From the human T2T-CHM13v2.0 reference genome, Homo sapiens: a stretch of DNA of 64,000 bases. Position 1 is the stretch's first letter; each line of letters begins with the position of its first letter. The translations under genes were made by a program, and so were the position numbers. The stretch lies in NCBI RefSeq assembly GCF_009914755.1, contig NC_060941.1; one strand, given 5' to 3'. The notes below the pieces were generated by a model. The model was given only the letters and a program-made list of their open reading frames with translations. It searched no databases and had not been told where the DNA came from. Shown here piece after piece: positions 1 through 11,018 of the stretch.

Positions 1-832
1 GAATTAACTTCCCGTAAAAGCTAGATAGAAGCATTCTCAGAAACTACTTTGTGATGATTGCATTCAAGTCACAGAGTTGAACATTCCCTTTGACAGAGCA
101 GTTTGGAAACTCTCTTTGTGTAGAATCTGCAAGTGGAGATATGGACCGCTTTGAGGCCTATGGTAGTAAAGGAAATAGCTTCATATAAAAGCTAGACAGT
201 AGCATTCACAGAAAACTCTTGGTGACGACTGAGTTTAACTCACAGAGCTGAACATTCCTTTGGATGGAGCAGTTTCGAAACACACTATTTGTAGAATGTG
301 CAAGTGGATATTTGGGCCTCTCTGAGGATTTCGTTGGAAACGGGATAAACCGCACAGAACTAAAACAGAAGCATTCTCAGAACCCTCTTCGTGATGTTTG
401 CATTCAACTCACAGTGCTGAACCTTTCTTTGATAGTTCAGCTTTGAAACACTCTTCTTGTAGAAACTGCAAGTGGATATTTGGTCCTCTCTGAGGATTTC
501 GTTGGAAACGGGATAAACCGCACAGAACTAAACAGAAGCATTCTCAGAACCTTCTTCGTGATGTCTGCATTCAACTCACAGTGTGGAACCTTTCTTTGAT
601 AGTTCAGGTTTGAAACACTCTTTTTGTAGAAACTGCAAGGGGATAATTGCACTTCTTTGAGGCCTACCGTAGTAAAGGAAATAACTTCCTATAGAAAGAA
701 GACAGAAGCTTTCTCAGAAAATTCTTTGAAATGATTGAGTGGAACTCACAGAGCTGAACATTCCTTGCGATGTAGCAGTTTAGAAACACACTTTCTGCAG
801 AATCTGCAAGTGCATATTTGGACCTCTCTGAG
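1..832 (+). repeat. Partial HOR (end of K, L, M, O, P, start of A); lacks monomer N
   Basis: M runs directly into O-diagnostic ACTAAAACAGAAGCATTCTCAGAACCCTC at ~359-387. Confidence 0.88.
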
Positions 833-834
833 GA

Positions 835-851
835 ATTCGTTGGAAACGGGA
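835..851 (+). promoter_or_regulatory. CENP-B box, monomer A (intact core; recurs per HOR)
   Basis: ATTCGTTGGAAACGGGA fits the core NTTCGNNNNANNCGGGN. Confidence 0.9.
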
Positions 852-1000
852 TAATTTCAGCTGACTAAACAGAAGCAGTCTCAGAATCTTCTTTGTGGTG
901 TTTGCATTCAAATCCCAGAGTTGAACTTTCCTTTCAAAGTTCACGTTTGAAACACTCTTTTTGCAGGATCTACAAGTGGATATTTGGACCACTCTGTGTC

Positions 1001-1017
1001 CTTCGTTCGAAACGGGT
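1001..1017 (+). promoter_or_regulatory. CENP-B box, monomer B (intact core)
   Basis: CTTCGTTCGAAACGGGT. Confidence 0.88.
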
Positions 1018-1171
1018 ATATCTTCACATGACATCTCGACAGAAGCATTCTCAGAAGCTTCTCTGTGATGACTGCATTCAACTCACGGAGTTGATCACTC
1101 CTTTTGAGAGCGCAGTTTTGAAACTCTCTTTCTGTGGCATCTGCAAGGGGACATGTAGACCTCTTTGAAGA

Positions 1172-1188
1172 TTTCGTTGGAAACGGAA
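1172..1188 (+). promoter_or_regulatory. Degenerate CENP-B box, monomer C
   Basis: TTTCGTTGGAAACGGAA; CGGG changed to CGGA, fixed across the units that contain C. Confidence 0.8.
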
Positions 1189-1684
1189 TCATCTTCACAT
1201 AAAAACTATACAGATGCATTCTCAGGAACTTTTTGGTGATGTTTGTATTCAACTCCCAGAGTTGAACTTTCCTTTGGAAAGAGCAGCTATGAAACACTCT
1301 TTTTCTAGAATCTGCAAGTGGACGTTTGGAGGGCTTTGTGGTTTGTGGTGGAAAAGGAAATATCTTCACCTAAATACTAGATACAAGCATTCTCAGAAAC
1401 TGCTTTGTGATGATTGCATTCACCTCACAGAGTTGAACATTCCTATTGATAGAGCAGTTTGGAAACACTCTTGTTGTGGAATGTGCAAGTGGAGATTTGG
1501 AGCGCTTTGAGGCCTATGGTAGTAAAGGGAATAGCTTCATAGAAAAACTAGACAGAAGCATTCTCAGAAAATACTTTGTGATGATTGAGTTTAACTCACA
1601 GAGCTGAACATTCCTTTGGATGGAGCAGGTTTGAGACACACTTTTTGTAGAATCTACAAGTGGATATTTGGACCTCTCTGAGGA

Positions 1685-1701
1685 TTTCGTTGGAAACGCG
1701 A
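1685..1701 (+). promoter_or_regulatory. Degenerate CENP-B box, monomer F
   Basis: TTTCGTTGGAAACGCGA; CGGG changed to CGCG, fixed. Confidence 0.8.
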
Positions 1702-1850
1702 TAACTGCACCTAACTAAACGGAAGCATTCTCAGAAACTTCTTGGTGATGTTTGCATTCAAATCCCAGAGTTGAACCTTCCTGTGATAGTTCAGGTTTGA
1801 AACACTCTTTTTGTAGGATCTGCAAGTGGATATTTGGACCACTCTGTGGC

Positions 1851-1867
1851 CTTCGTTCGAAACGGGT
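1851..1867 (+). promoter_or_regulatory. CENP-B box, monomer G (intact core)
   Basis: CTTCGTTCGAAACGGGT. Confidence 0.88.
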
Positions 1868-2021
1868 ACATCTTCACATAAAATCTAGACAGAAGCCTTC
1901 TCAGAAACTTCTCTGTGATGATTGCATTCAACTCACAGATTTGAACCCTCCTATGGATAGAGCATTGTTGAAACTCTCTTTTTGTGGAATCTGCAAGTGG
2001 ATATGTGGACCTCTCCGAAGA

Positions 2022-2038
2022 TGTCTTTGGAAACGGGA
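2022..2038 (+). promoter_or_regulatory. Degenerate CENP-B box, monomer H
   Basis: TGTCTTTGGAAACGGGA; the TTCG half is lost. Confidence 0.75.
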
Positions 2039-2363
2039 ATATCTTCACATAAAAACTAAACAGAAGCATTCTCAGAAACTTCTCTGTGATGTTTGTGTTC
2101 AACTCCCAGAGTTTCACGTTGCTTTTCATAGAGTAGTTCTGAAACATGCTTTTCGTAGTGTCTGCAAGTGGACATTTGGAGCGCTTTCAGGCCTGTGGTG
2201 CAAAACGAATTATGGTCCCATAAAAACTGGAGAGAAGCATTGTCAGAAACTTCTTTGTGATGATTGCATTCAACTCACAGAGATGAAGGTTCCTTTTCAA
2301 ACAGCAGTTTCCAAACAGTCTTTCTGTGGAATCTGCAAGTGGATATTTGGACCTCTTTGAAGA

Positions 2364-2380
2364 TTTCGTTGGAAACGGGA
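2364..2380 (+). promoter_or_regulatory. CENP-B box, monomer J (consensus)
   Basis: TTTCGTTGGAAACGGGA. Confidence 0.93.
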
Positions 2381-2876
2381 GAATCTTCACAGAAAAGCTA
2401 AACAGAAACATTCTCAGAAACTTCTTTGTGATGCTTGCATTCAACTCACAGAGTTGAACTTTCCTTTCGAGAGAGAAGCTTTGAAACACTCCTTTTCCAG
2501 AATCTGCAAGTGGACATTTGGAGGGCTTTGAGGCCTGTGGTGTAAAAGGAATTAACTTCCCGTAAAAGCTAGATAGAAGCATTCTCAGAAACTACTTTGT
2601 GATGATTGCATTCAAGTCACAGAGTTGAACATTCCCTTTGACAGAGCAGTTTGGAAACTCTCTTTCTGTAGAATCTGCAAGTGGAGATATGGACCGCTTT
2701 GAGGCCTATGGTAGTAAAGGAAATAGCTTCATATAAAAGCTAGACAGTAGCATTCACAGAAAACTCTTGGTGACGACTGAGTTTAACTCACAGAGCTGAA
2801 CATTCCTTTGGATGGAGCAGTTTCGAAACACACTATTTGTAGAATGTGCAAGTGGATATTTGGGCCTCTCTGAGGA

Positions 2877-3228
2877 TTTCGTTGGAAACGGGATAAACCG
2901 CACAGAACTAAACAGAAGCATTCTCAGAACCTTCTTCGTGATGTTTGCATTCAACTCACAGTGTTGAACCTTTCTTTGATAGTTCAGGTTTCAAACGGTC
3001 TTTCTGTAGAAACTGCAAGAAGATATTTGGACCTCTCTGAGGATTTCGTTGGAAACGGGATAAACCGCACAGAACTAAAACAGAAGCATTCTCAGAACCC
3101 TCTTCGTGATGTTTGCATTCAACTCACAGCGCTGAAACTTTCTTTGATAGTTCAGCTTTGAAACACTCTTCTTGTAGAAACTGCAAGTGGATATTTGGTC
3201 CTCTCTGAGGATTTCGTTGGAAACGGGA
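2877..3228 (+). promoter_or_regulatory. Three consecutive consensus CENP-B boxes (M 2877-2893, N 3044-3060, O 3212-3228)
   Basis: TTTCGTTGGAAACGGGA three times, spaced 167 and 168 bp. Confidence 0.93.
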
Positions 3229-3547
3229 TAAACCACACAGAACTAAACAGAAGCATTCTCAGAACCTTCTTCGTGATGTCTGCATTCAACTCACAGTGTG
3301 GAACCTTTCTTTGATAGTTCAGGTTTGAAACACTCTTTTTGTAGAAACTGCAAGGGGATAATTGCACTTCTTTGAGGCCTACCGTAGTAAAGGAAATAAC
3401 TTCCTATAGAAAGAAGACAGAAGCTTTCTCAGAAAATTCTTTGGGTTGATTGAGTGGAACTCACAGAGCTGAACATTCCTTGCGATGTAGCAGTTTAGAA
3501 ACACACTTTCTGCAGAATCTGCAAGTGCATATTTGGACCTCTCTGAG

Positions 3548-6095
3548 GAATTCGTTGGAAACGGAATAATTTCAGCTGACTAAACAGAAGCAGTCTCAGA
3601 ATCTTCTTTGTGATGTTTGCATTCAAATCCCAGAGTTGAACTTTCCTTTCAAAGTTCACGTTTGAAACACTGTTTTTGCAGGATCTACAAGTGGATATTT
3701 GGACCACTCTGTGTCCTTCGTTCGAAACGGGTATATCTTCACATGACATCTAGACAGAAGCATTCTCAGAAGCTTCTCTGTGATGACTGCATTCAACTCA
3801 CGGAGTTGAACACTCCTTTTGAGAGCGCAGTTTTGAAACTCTCTTTCTGTGGCATCTGCAAGGGGACATGTAGACCTCTTTGAAGATTTCGTTGGAAACG
3901 GAATCATCTTCACATAAAAACTATACAGATGCATTCTCAGGAACTTTTTGGTGATGTTTGTATTCAACTCCCAGAGTGGAACTTTCCTTTGGAAAGAGCA
4001 GCTATGAAACACTCTTTTTCTAGAATCTGCAAGTGGACGTTTGGAGGGCTTTGTGGTTTGTGGTGGAAAAGGAAATATCTTCACCTAAATACTAGATACA
4101 AGCATTCTCAGAAACTGCTTTGTGATGATTGCATTCACCTCACAGAGTTGAACATTCCTATTGATAGAGCAGTTTGGAAACACTCTTGTTGTGGAATGTG
4201 CAAGTGGAGATTTGGAGCGCTTTGAGGCCTATGGTAGTAAAGGGAATAGCTTCATAGAAAAACTAGACAGAAGCATTCTCAGAAAATACTTTGTGATGAT
4301 TGAGTTTAACTCACAGAGCTGAACATTCCTTTGGATGGAGCAGGTTTGAGACACACTTTTTGTAGAATCTACAAGTGGATATTTGGACCTCTCTGAGGAT
4401 TTCGTTGGAAACGCGATAACTGCACCTAACTAAACGGAAGCATTCTCAGAAACTTCTTGGTGATGTTTGCATTCAAATCCCAGAGTTGAACCTTCCTGTG
4501 ATAGTTCAGGTTTGAAACACTCTTTTTGTAGGATCTGCAAGTGGATATTTGGACCACTCTGTGGCCTTCGTTCGAAACGGGTACATCTTCACATAAAATC
4601 TAGACAGAAGCCTTCTCAGAAACTTCTCTGTGATGATTGCATTCAACTCACAGATTTGAACCCTCCTATGGATAGAGCATTGTTGAAACTCTCTTTTTGT
4701 GGAATCTGCAAGTGGATATGTTGACCTCTCCGAAGATGTCTTTGGAAACGGGAATATCTTCACATAAAAACTAAACAGAAGCATTCTCAGAAACTTCTCT
4801 GTGATGTTTGTGTTCAACTCCCAGAGTTTCACATTGCTTTTCATAGAGTAGTTCTGAAACATGCTTTTCGTAGTGTCTGCAAGTGGACATTTGGAGCGCT
4901 TTCAGGCCTGTGGTGGAAAACGAATTATGGTCACATAAAAACTGGAGAGAAGCATTGTCAGAAACTTCTTTGTGATGATTGCATTCAACTCACAGAGATG
5001 AAGGTTCCTTTACAAACAGCAGTTTCCAAACACTCTTTCTGTGGAATCTGCAAGTGGATATTTGGACCTCTTTGAAGATTTCGTTGGAAACGGGAGAATC
5101 TTCACAGAAAAGCTAAACAGAAGCATTCTCAGAAACTTCTTTGTGATGCTTGCATTCAACTCACAGAGTTGAACTTTCCTTTCGAGAGAGAAGCTTTGAA
5201 ACACTCTTTTTCCAGAATCTGCAAGTGGACATTTGGAGGGCTTTGAGGCCTGTGGTGGAAAAGGAATTAACTTCCCGTAAAAGCTAGATAGAAGCATTCT
5301 CAGAAACTACTTTGTGATGATTGCATTCAAGTCACAGAGTTGAACATTCCCTTTGACAGAGCAGTTTGGAAACTCTCTTTGTGTAGAATCTGCAAGTGGA
5401 GATATGGACCGCTTTGAGGCCTATGGTAGTAAAGGAAATAGCTTCATATAAAAGCTAGACAGTAGCATTCACAGAAAACTCTTGGTGACGACTGAGTTTA
5501 ACTCACAGAGCTGAACATTCCTTTGAATGGAGCAGTTTCAAAACACACTATTTGTAGAATGTGCAAGTGGATATTTGGGCCTCTCTGAGGATTTCGTTGG
5601 AAACGGGATAAACCGCACAGAACTAAAACAGAAGCATTCTCAGAACCCTCTTCGTGATGTTTGCATTCAACTCACAGTGCTGAACCTTTCTTTGATAGTT
5701 CAGCTTTGAAACACTCTTCTTGTAGAAACTGCAAGTGGATATTTGGTCCTCTCTGAAGATTTCGTTGGAAACGGGATAAACCGCACAGAACTAAACAGAA
5801 GCATTCTCAGAACCTTCTTCGTGATGTCTGCATTCAACTCACAGTGTGGAACCTTTCTTTGATAGTTCAGGTTTCAAACACTCTTTTTGTAGAAACTGCA
5901 AGGGGATAATTGCACTTCTTTGAGGCCTACCGTAGTAAAGGAAATAACTTCCTATAGAAAGAAGACAGAAGCTTTCTCAGAAAATTCTTTGGGATGATTG
6001 AGTGGAACTCACAGAGCTGAACATTCCTTGCGATGTAGCAGTTTAGAAACACACTTTCTGCAGAATCTGCAAGTGCATATTTGGACCTCTCTGAG
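3548..6095 (+). repeat. HOR unit 2: 15-mer, delta-N (2,548 bp)
   Basis: 167 bp shorter; M to O junction within 5580-5627. Confidence 0.92.
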
Positions 6096-8810
6096 GAATT
6101 CGTTGGAAACGGGATAATTTCAGCTGACTAAACAGAAGCAGTCTCAGAATCTTCTTTGTGGTGTTTGCATTCAAATCCCAGAGTTGAACTTTCCTTTCAA
6201 AGTTCACGTTTGAAACACTCTTTTTGCAGGATCTACAAGTGGATATTTGGACCACTCTGTGTCCTTCGTTCGAAACGGGTATATCTTCACATGACATCTA
6301 CACAGAAGCATTCTCAGAAGCTTCTCTGTGATGACTGCATTCAACTCACGGAGTTGAACACTCCTTTTGAGAGCGCAGTTTTGAAACTCTCTTTCTGTGG
6401 CATCTGCAAGGGGACATGTAGACCTCTTTGAAGATTTCGTTGGAAACGGAATCATCTTCACATAAAAACTATACAGATGCATTCTCAGGAACTTTTTGGT
6501 GATGTTTGTATTCAACTCCCAGAGTTGAACTTTCCTTTGGAAAGAGCAGCTATGAAACACTCTTTTTCTAGAATCTGCAAGTGGACGTTTGGAGGGCTTT
6601 GTGGTTTGTGGTGGAAAAGGAAATATCTTCACCTAAATACTAGATAGAAGCATTCTCAGAAACTGCTTTGTGATGATTGCATTCACCTCACAGAGTTGAA
6701 CATTCCTATTGATAGAGCAGTTTGGAAACACTCTTGTTGTGGAATGTGCAAGTGGAGATTTGGAGCGCTTTGAGGCCTATGGTAGTAAAGGGAATAGCTT
6801 CATAGAAAAACTAGACAGAAGCATTCTCAGAAAATACTTTGTGATGATTGAGTTTAACTCACAGAGCTGAACATTCCTTTGGATGGAGCAGGTTTGAGAC
6901 ACACTTTTTGTAGAATCTACAAGTGGATATTTGGACCTCTCTGAGGATTTCGTTGGAAACGCGATAACTGCACCTAACTAAACGGAAGCATTCTCAGAAA
7001 CTTCTTGGTGATGTTTGCATTCAAATCCCAGAGTTGAACCTTCCTGTGATAGTTCAGGTTTGAAACACTCTTTTTGTAGGATCTGCAAGTGGATATTTGG
7101 ACCACTCTGTGGCCTTCGTTCGAAACGGGTACATCTTCACATAAAATCTAGACAGAAGCCTTCTCAGAAACTTCTCTGTGATGATTGCATTCAACTCACA
7201 GATTTGAACCCTCCTATGGATAGAGCATTGTTGAAACTCTCTTTTTGTGGAATCTGCAAGTGGATATGTGGACCTCTCCGAAGATGTCTTTGGAAACGGG
7301 AATATCTTCACATAAAAACTAAACAGAAGCATTCTCAGAAACTTCTCTGTGATGTTTGTGTTCAACTCCCAGAGTTTCACGTTGCTTTTCATAGAGTAGT
7401 TCTGAAACATGCTTTTCGTAGTGTCTGCAAGTGGACATTTGGAGCGCTTTCAGGCCTGTGGTGCAAAACGAATTATGGTCCCATAAAAACTGGAGAGAAG
7501 CATTGTCTGAAACTTCTTTGTGATGATTGCATTCAACTCACAGAGATGAAGGTTCCTTTTCAAACAGCAGTTTCCAAACAGTCTTTCTGTGGAATCTGCA
7601 AGTGGATATTTGGACCTCTTTGAAGATTTCGTTGGAAACGGGAGAATCTTCACAGAAAAGCTAAACAGAAACATTCTCAGAAACTTCTTTGTGATGCTTG
7701 CATTCAACTCACAGAGTTGAACTTTCCTTTCGAGAGAGAAGCTTTGAAACACTCTTTTTCCAGAATCTGCAAGTGGACATTTGGAGGGCTTTGAGGCCTG
7801 TGGTGGAAAAGGAATTAACTTCCCGTAAAAGCTAGATAGAAGCATTCTCAGAAACTACTTTGTGATGATTGCATTCAAGTCACAGAGTTGAACATTCCCT
7901 TTGACAGAGCAGTTTGGAAACTCTCTTTCTGTAGAATCTGCAAGTGGAGATATGGACCGCTTTGAGGCCTATGGTAGTAAAGGAAATAGCTTCATATAAA
8001 AGCTAGACAGTAGCATTCACAGAAAACTCTTGGTGACGACTGAGTTTAACTCACAGAGCTGAACATTCCTTTGGATGGAGCAGTTTCGAAACACACTATT
8101 TGTAGAATGTGCAAGTGGATATTTGGGCCTCTCTGAGGATTTCGTTGGAAACGGGATAAACCGCACAGAACTAAACAGAAGCATTCTCAGAACCTTCTTC
8201 GTGATGTTTGCATTCAACTCACAGTGTTGAACCTTTCTTTGATAGTTCAGGTTTGAAACGGTCTTTCTGTAGAAACTGCAAGAAGATATTTGGACCTCTC
8301 TGAGGATTTCGTTGGAAACGGGATAAACCGCACAGAACTAAAACAGAAGCATTCTCAGAACCCTCTTCGTGATGTTTGCATTCAACTCACAACGATGAAA
8401 CTTTCTTTGATAGTTCAGCTTTGAAACACTCTTCTTGTAGAAACTGCAAGTGGATATTTGGTCCTCTCTGAGGATTTCGTTGGAAACGGGATAAACCGCA
8501 CAGAACTAAACAGAAGCATTCTCAGAACCTTCTTCGTGATGTCTGCATTCAACTCACAGTGTGGAACCTTTCTTTGATAGTTCAGGTTTGAAACACTCTT
8601 TTTGTAGAAACTGCAAGGGGATAATTGCACTTCTTTGAGGCCTACCGTAGTAAAGGAAATAACTTCCTATAGAAAGAAGACAGAAGCTTTCTCAGAAAAT
8701 TCTTTGGGATGATTGAGTGGAACTCACAGAGCTGAACATTCCTTGCAATGTAGCAGTTTAGAAACACACTTTCTGCAGAATCTGCAAGTGCATATTTGGA
8801 CCTCTCTGAG
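6096..8810 (+). repeat. HOR unit 3: 16-mer
   Basis: 2,715-bp EcoRI spacing. Confidence 0.93.
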
Positions 8811-11018
8811 GAATTCGTTGGAAACGGGATAATTTCAGCTGACTAAACAGAAGCAGTCTCAGAATCTTCTTTGTGATGTTTGCATTCAAATCCCAGAGTT
8901 GAACTTTCCTTTCAAAGTTCACGTTTGAAACACTCTTTTTGCAGGATCTACAAGTGGATATTTGGACCACTCTGTGTCCTTCGTTTGAAACGGGTATATC
9001 TTCACATGACATCTAGACAGAAGCATTCTCAGAAGCTTCTCTGTGATGACTGCATTCAACTCACGGATTTGAACACTCCTTTTGAGAGCGCAGTTTTGAA
9101 ACTCTGTTTCTGTGGCATCTGCAAGGGGACATGTAGACCTCTTTGAAGATTTCGTTGGAAACGGAATCATCTTCACATAAAAACTATACAGATGCATTCT
9201 CAGGAACTTTTGGTGACGTTTGTATTCAACTCCCAGAGTTGAACTTTCCTTTGGAAAGAGCAGCTATGAAACACTCTTTTTCTAGAATCTGCAAGTGGAC
9301 GTTTGGAGGGCTTTGTGGTTTGTGGTGGAAAAGGAAATATCTTCACCTAAATACTAGATGGAAGCATTCTCAGAAACTTCTTGGTGATGTTTGCATTCAA
9401 ATCCCAGAGTTGAACCTTCCTTTGATAGTTCAGGTTTGAAACACTCTTTTTGTAGGATCTGCAAGTGGATATTTGGACCACTCTGTGGCCTTCGTTCGAA
9501 ACGGGTACATCTTCACATAAAATCTAGACAGAAGCCTTCTCAGAAACTTCTCTGTTGTGATTGCATTCAACTCACAGAGTTGAACCCTCCTTTGGATAGA
9601 GCATTGTTGAAACTCTCTTTTTGTGGAATCTGCAAGTGGATATGTGGACCTCTCCGAAGATGTCTTTGGAAACGGGAATATCTTCACATAAAAACTAAAC
9701 AGAAGCATTCTCAGAAACTTCTCTGTGATGTTTGTGTTCAACTCCCAGAGTTTCACATTGCTTTTCATAGAGTAGTTCTGAAACATGCTTTTCGTAGTGT
9801 CTGCAAGTGGACATTTGGAGCGCTTTCAGGCCTGTGGTGGAAAACGAATTATGGTCCCATAAAAACTGGAGAGAAGCATTGTCAGAAACTTCTTTGTGAT
9901 GATTGCATTCAACTCACAGAGATGAAGGTTCCTTTACATACAGCAGTTTCCAAACACCCTTTCTGTGGAATCTGCAAGTGGATATTTGGACCTCTTTGAA
10001 GATTTCTTTGGAAACGGGAGAATCTTCACAGAAAAGCTAAACAGAAGCATTCTCAGAAACTTCTTTGTGATGCTTGCATTCAACTCACAGAGTTGAACTT
10101 TCCTTTCGAGAGAGAAGCTTTGAAACACTCTTTTTCCAGAATCTGCAAGTGGACATTTGGAGGGCTTTGAGGCCTGTGGTGGAAAAGGAATTAACTTCCC
10201 GTAAAAGCTAGATAGAAGCATTCTCAGAAACTACTTTGTGATGATTGCATTCAAGTCACAGAGTTGAACATTCCCTTTGACAGAGCAGTTTGGAAACTCT
10301 CTTTGTGTAGAATCTGCAAGTGGAGATATGGACCGCTTTGAAGCCTATGGTAGTAAAGGAAATAGCTTCATATAAAAGCTAGACAGTAGCATTCACAGAA
10401 AACTCTTGGTGACGACTGAGTTTAACCCACAGAGCTGAACATTCCTTTGGATGGAGCAGTTTCGAAACACACTATTTGTAGAATGTGCAAGTGGATATTT
10501 GGGCCTCTCTGAGGATTTTGTTGGAAACGGGATAAACTGCCCAGAACTAAACAGAAGCATTCTCAGAACCTTCTTCGTGATGTTTGCATTCAACTCACAG
10601 TGTTGAACCTTTCTTTGATAGTTCAGGTTTGAAACGGTCTTTCTGTAGAAACTGCAAGTAGATATTTGGACCTCTCTGAGGATTTCGTTGGAAACGGGAT
10701 AAACCGCACAGAACTAAACAGAAGCATTCTCAGAACCTTCTTCGTGATGTCTGCATTCAACTCACAGTGTGGAACCTTTCTTTGATAGTTCAGGTTTGAA
10801 ACACTCTTTTTGTAGAAACTGCAAGGGGATAATTGCACTTCTTTGAGGCCTACCGTAGTAAAGGAAATAACTTCCTATTGAAAGAAGACAGAAGCTTTCT
10901 CAGAAAATTCTTTGGGATGATTGAGTGGAACTCACAGAGCTGAACATTCCTTGCGATGTAGCAGTTTAGAAACACACTTTCTGCAGAATCTGCAAGTGCA
11001 TATTTGGACCTCTCTGAG
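8811..11018 (+). repeat. HOR unit 4: 13-mer, delta-E,F plus delta-O (2,208 bp)
   Basis: 507 bp shorter = 338 (D to G junction at 9359/9360) + 1 (T-run in D) + 168 (N to P junction within 10671-10718). Confidence 0.9.

Larger units (their letters stand above)
833..3547 (+). repeat. HOR unit 1: canonical 16-mer (2,715 bp)
   Basis: EcoRI sites at 833 and 3548; 16 monomers counted. Confidence 0.95.

Noticed and set aside
272-281. Palindrome GTTTCGAAAC in M, plus other short dyads (TTCTAGAA, TTCGAA)
   Set aside because: Too short to support a cruciform claim; ordinary for alphoid DNA.
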